NCBI GenBank assembly: GCA_024401515.1
Contig: JAKSKY010000001.1
Location: 1 to 58,239, forward strand
Length of the DNA stretch: 58,239 nucleotides
Direction of reading: 5' to 3'
Source of the DNA: Paludibacteraceae bacterium
GTDB taxonomy: Bacteria; Bacteroidota; Bacteroidia; Bacteroidales; Paludibacteraceae
Shown: positions 57,942 to 58,239 of the stretch, piece after piece
Numbering within the stretch: position 1 is the first letter of the stretch
How the letters are laid out: each line of letters starts with the position of its first letter
The notes under the pieces: model-generated
Database searches by the model: none
The model's input: only the letters and a program-made list of their open reading frames with translations
What the model was told of the DNA's origin: nothing
Position numbers and translations under genes: made by a program

Positions 57942-58239
57942 ATGGCAAACATCATCTTGATTGACACATCGACGGAGGTATGTTCCGTCGCCCTTTCCCA
58001 AAACGGGAAGATTCTATGGGAAAAAGTGAGTGAAGAGAGCATGAACCACTCTGTTCTCCTAGCCAAATACATCCAAGAACTCACCCAACACATGCGTAGC
58101 CAATCCATTCAAGCGGACGCAGTCGCAGTGAGTTGTGGACCAGGATCTTACACAGGTTTACGAATCGGTGTATCCACAGCGAAAGGACTCTGTTTTGGAT
58201 CAGACATTCCCCTTCTCGCCATCAACACGCTTCAAGTCA
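57942..58239 (+). CDS. tsaB: tRNA threonylcarbamoyladenosine biosynthesis protein TsaB (5' part, runs off the window)
   Basis: MANIILIDTSTEVCSVAL ... VSCGPGSYTGLRIGVSTAKGL is the hallmark TsaB N-terminus. No stop before the window end. Confidence 0.85.
   Translation, partial: MANIILIDTSTEVCSVALSQNGKILWEKVSEESMNHSVLLAKYIQELTQHMRSQSIQADAVAVSCGPGSYTGLRIGVSTAKGLCFGSDIPLLAINTLQV

Noticed and set aside
1-58239. CRISPR arrays, rRNA genes, integrases/recombinases, prophage genes, or known defence systems (restriction-modification, Abi, CBASS, retron and similar).
   Set aside because: I saw no regularly spaced direct repeats and no rRNA-like sequence on visual inspection. No ORF showed integrase, methyltransferase-plus-nuclease, reverse-transcriptase or cyclase motifs. 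The HsdR-N-domain ORF at 13325 is a small stand-alone housekeeping-context protein, not an R-M system.

Overview
This window looks like a 58.2-kb chromosomal segment from a Bacteroidota genome, probably Bacteroidales. That call rests on TAnnTTTG -7 promoter motifs, T9SS sorting domains, TonB-receptor/DUF4249 and ftsK-lolA synteny, and a Rho with a long N-terminal insertion. Most of it is densely packed housekeeping DNA: the oadGAB Na+-decarboxylase operon, nfo, holA, guaB, a perR-like/rubrerythrin pair, uvrA, trxB, ftsK-lolA, rsmG-pcm, lepA, rho, tRNA-Tyr/tRNA-Gly, ribH, nadD, gmk, a yicC-family gene and partial tsaB. I saw no rRNA genes and no CRISPR arrays.

The main anomaly is a discrete 5,824-bp insertion at 23620..29443.
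- It is bounded by IS3-family (IS150-group-like) 25-nt inverted repeats and a 4-bp direct repeat, ATTC.
- It sits in the apical part of a reconstructable bidirectional terminator between two convergent host genes.
- It keeps the IS OrfA, the A7 frameshift site, about 30 codons of OrfB and the last 12 OrfB codons.
- The rest of OrfB is replaced by about 5.1 kb of same-strand cargo. The cargo encodes a small membrane protein, a secreted BatD-like/vWA-like protein with a Lys at the first MIDAS position, a YdjC/ChbG-family deacetylase, and an A+T-rich block of three orphan ORFs.

I cannot assign a function to this cargo from sequence alone, and it is the best candidate here for an undescribed system. 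Smaller observations:
- a tandem 7-1-7 Fur/PerR-type operator
- a triplicated secreted domain with a single-copy paralog 31 kb away
- an orphan T9SS C-terminal-domain tail
- a frameshifted J-domain mini-gene
- a recurring terminator sequence

All family names come from motif recognition and memory. No database search was run.
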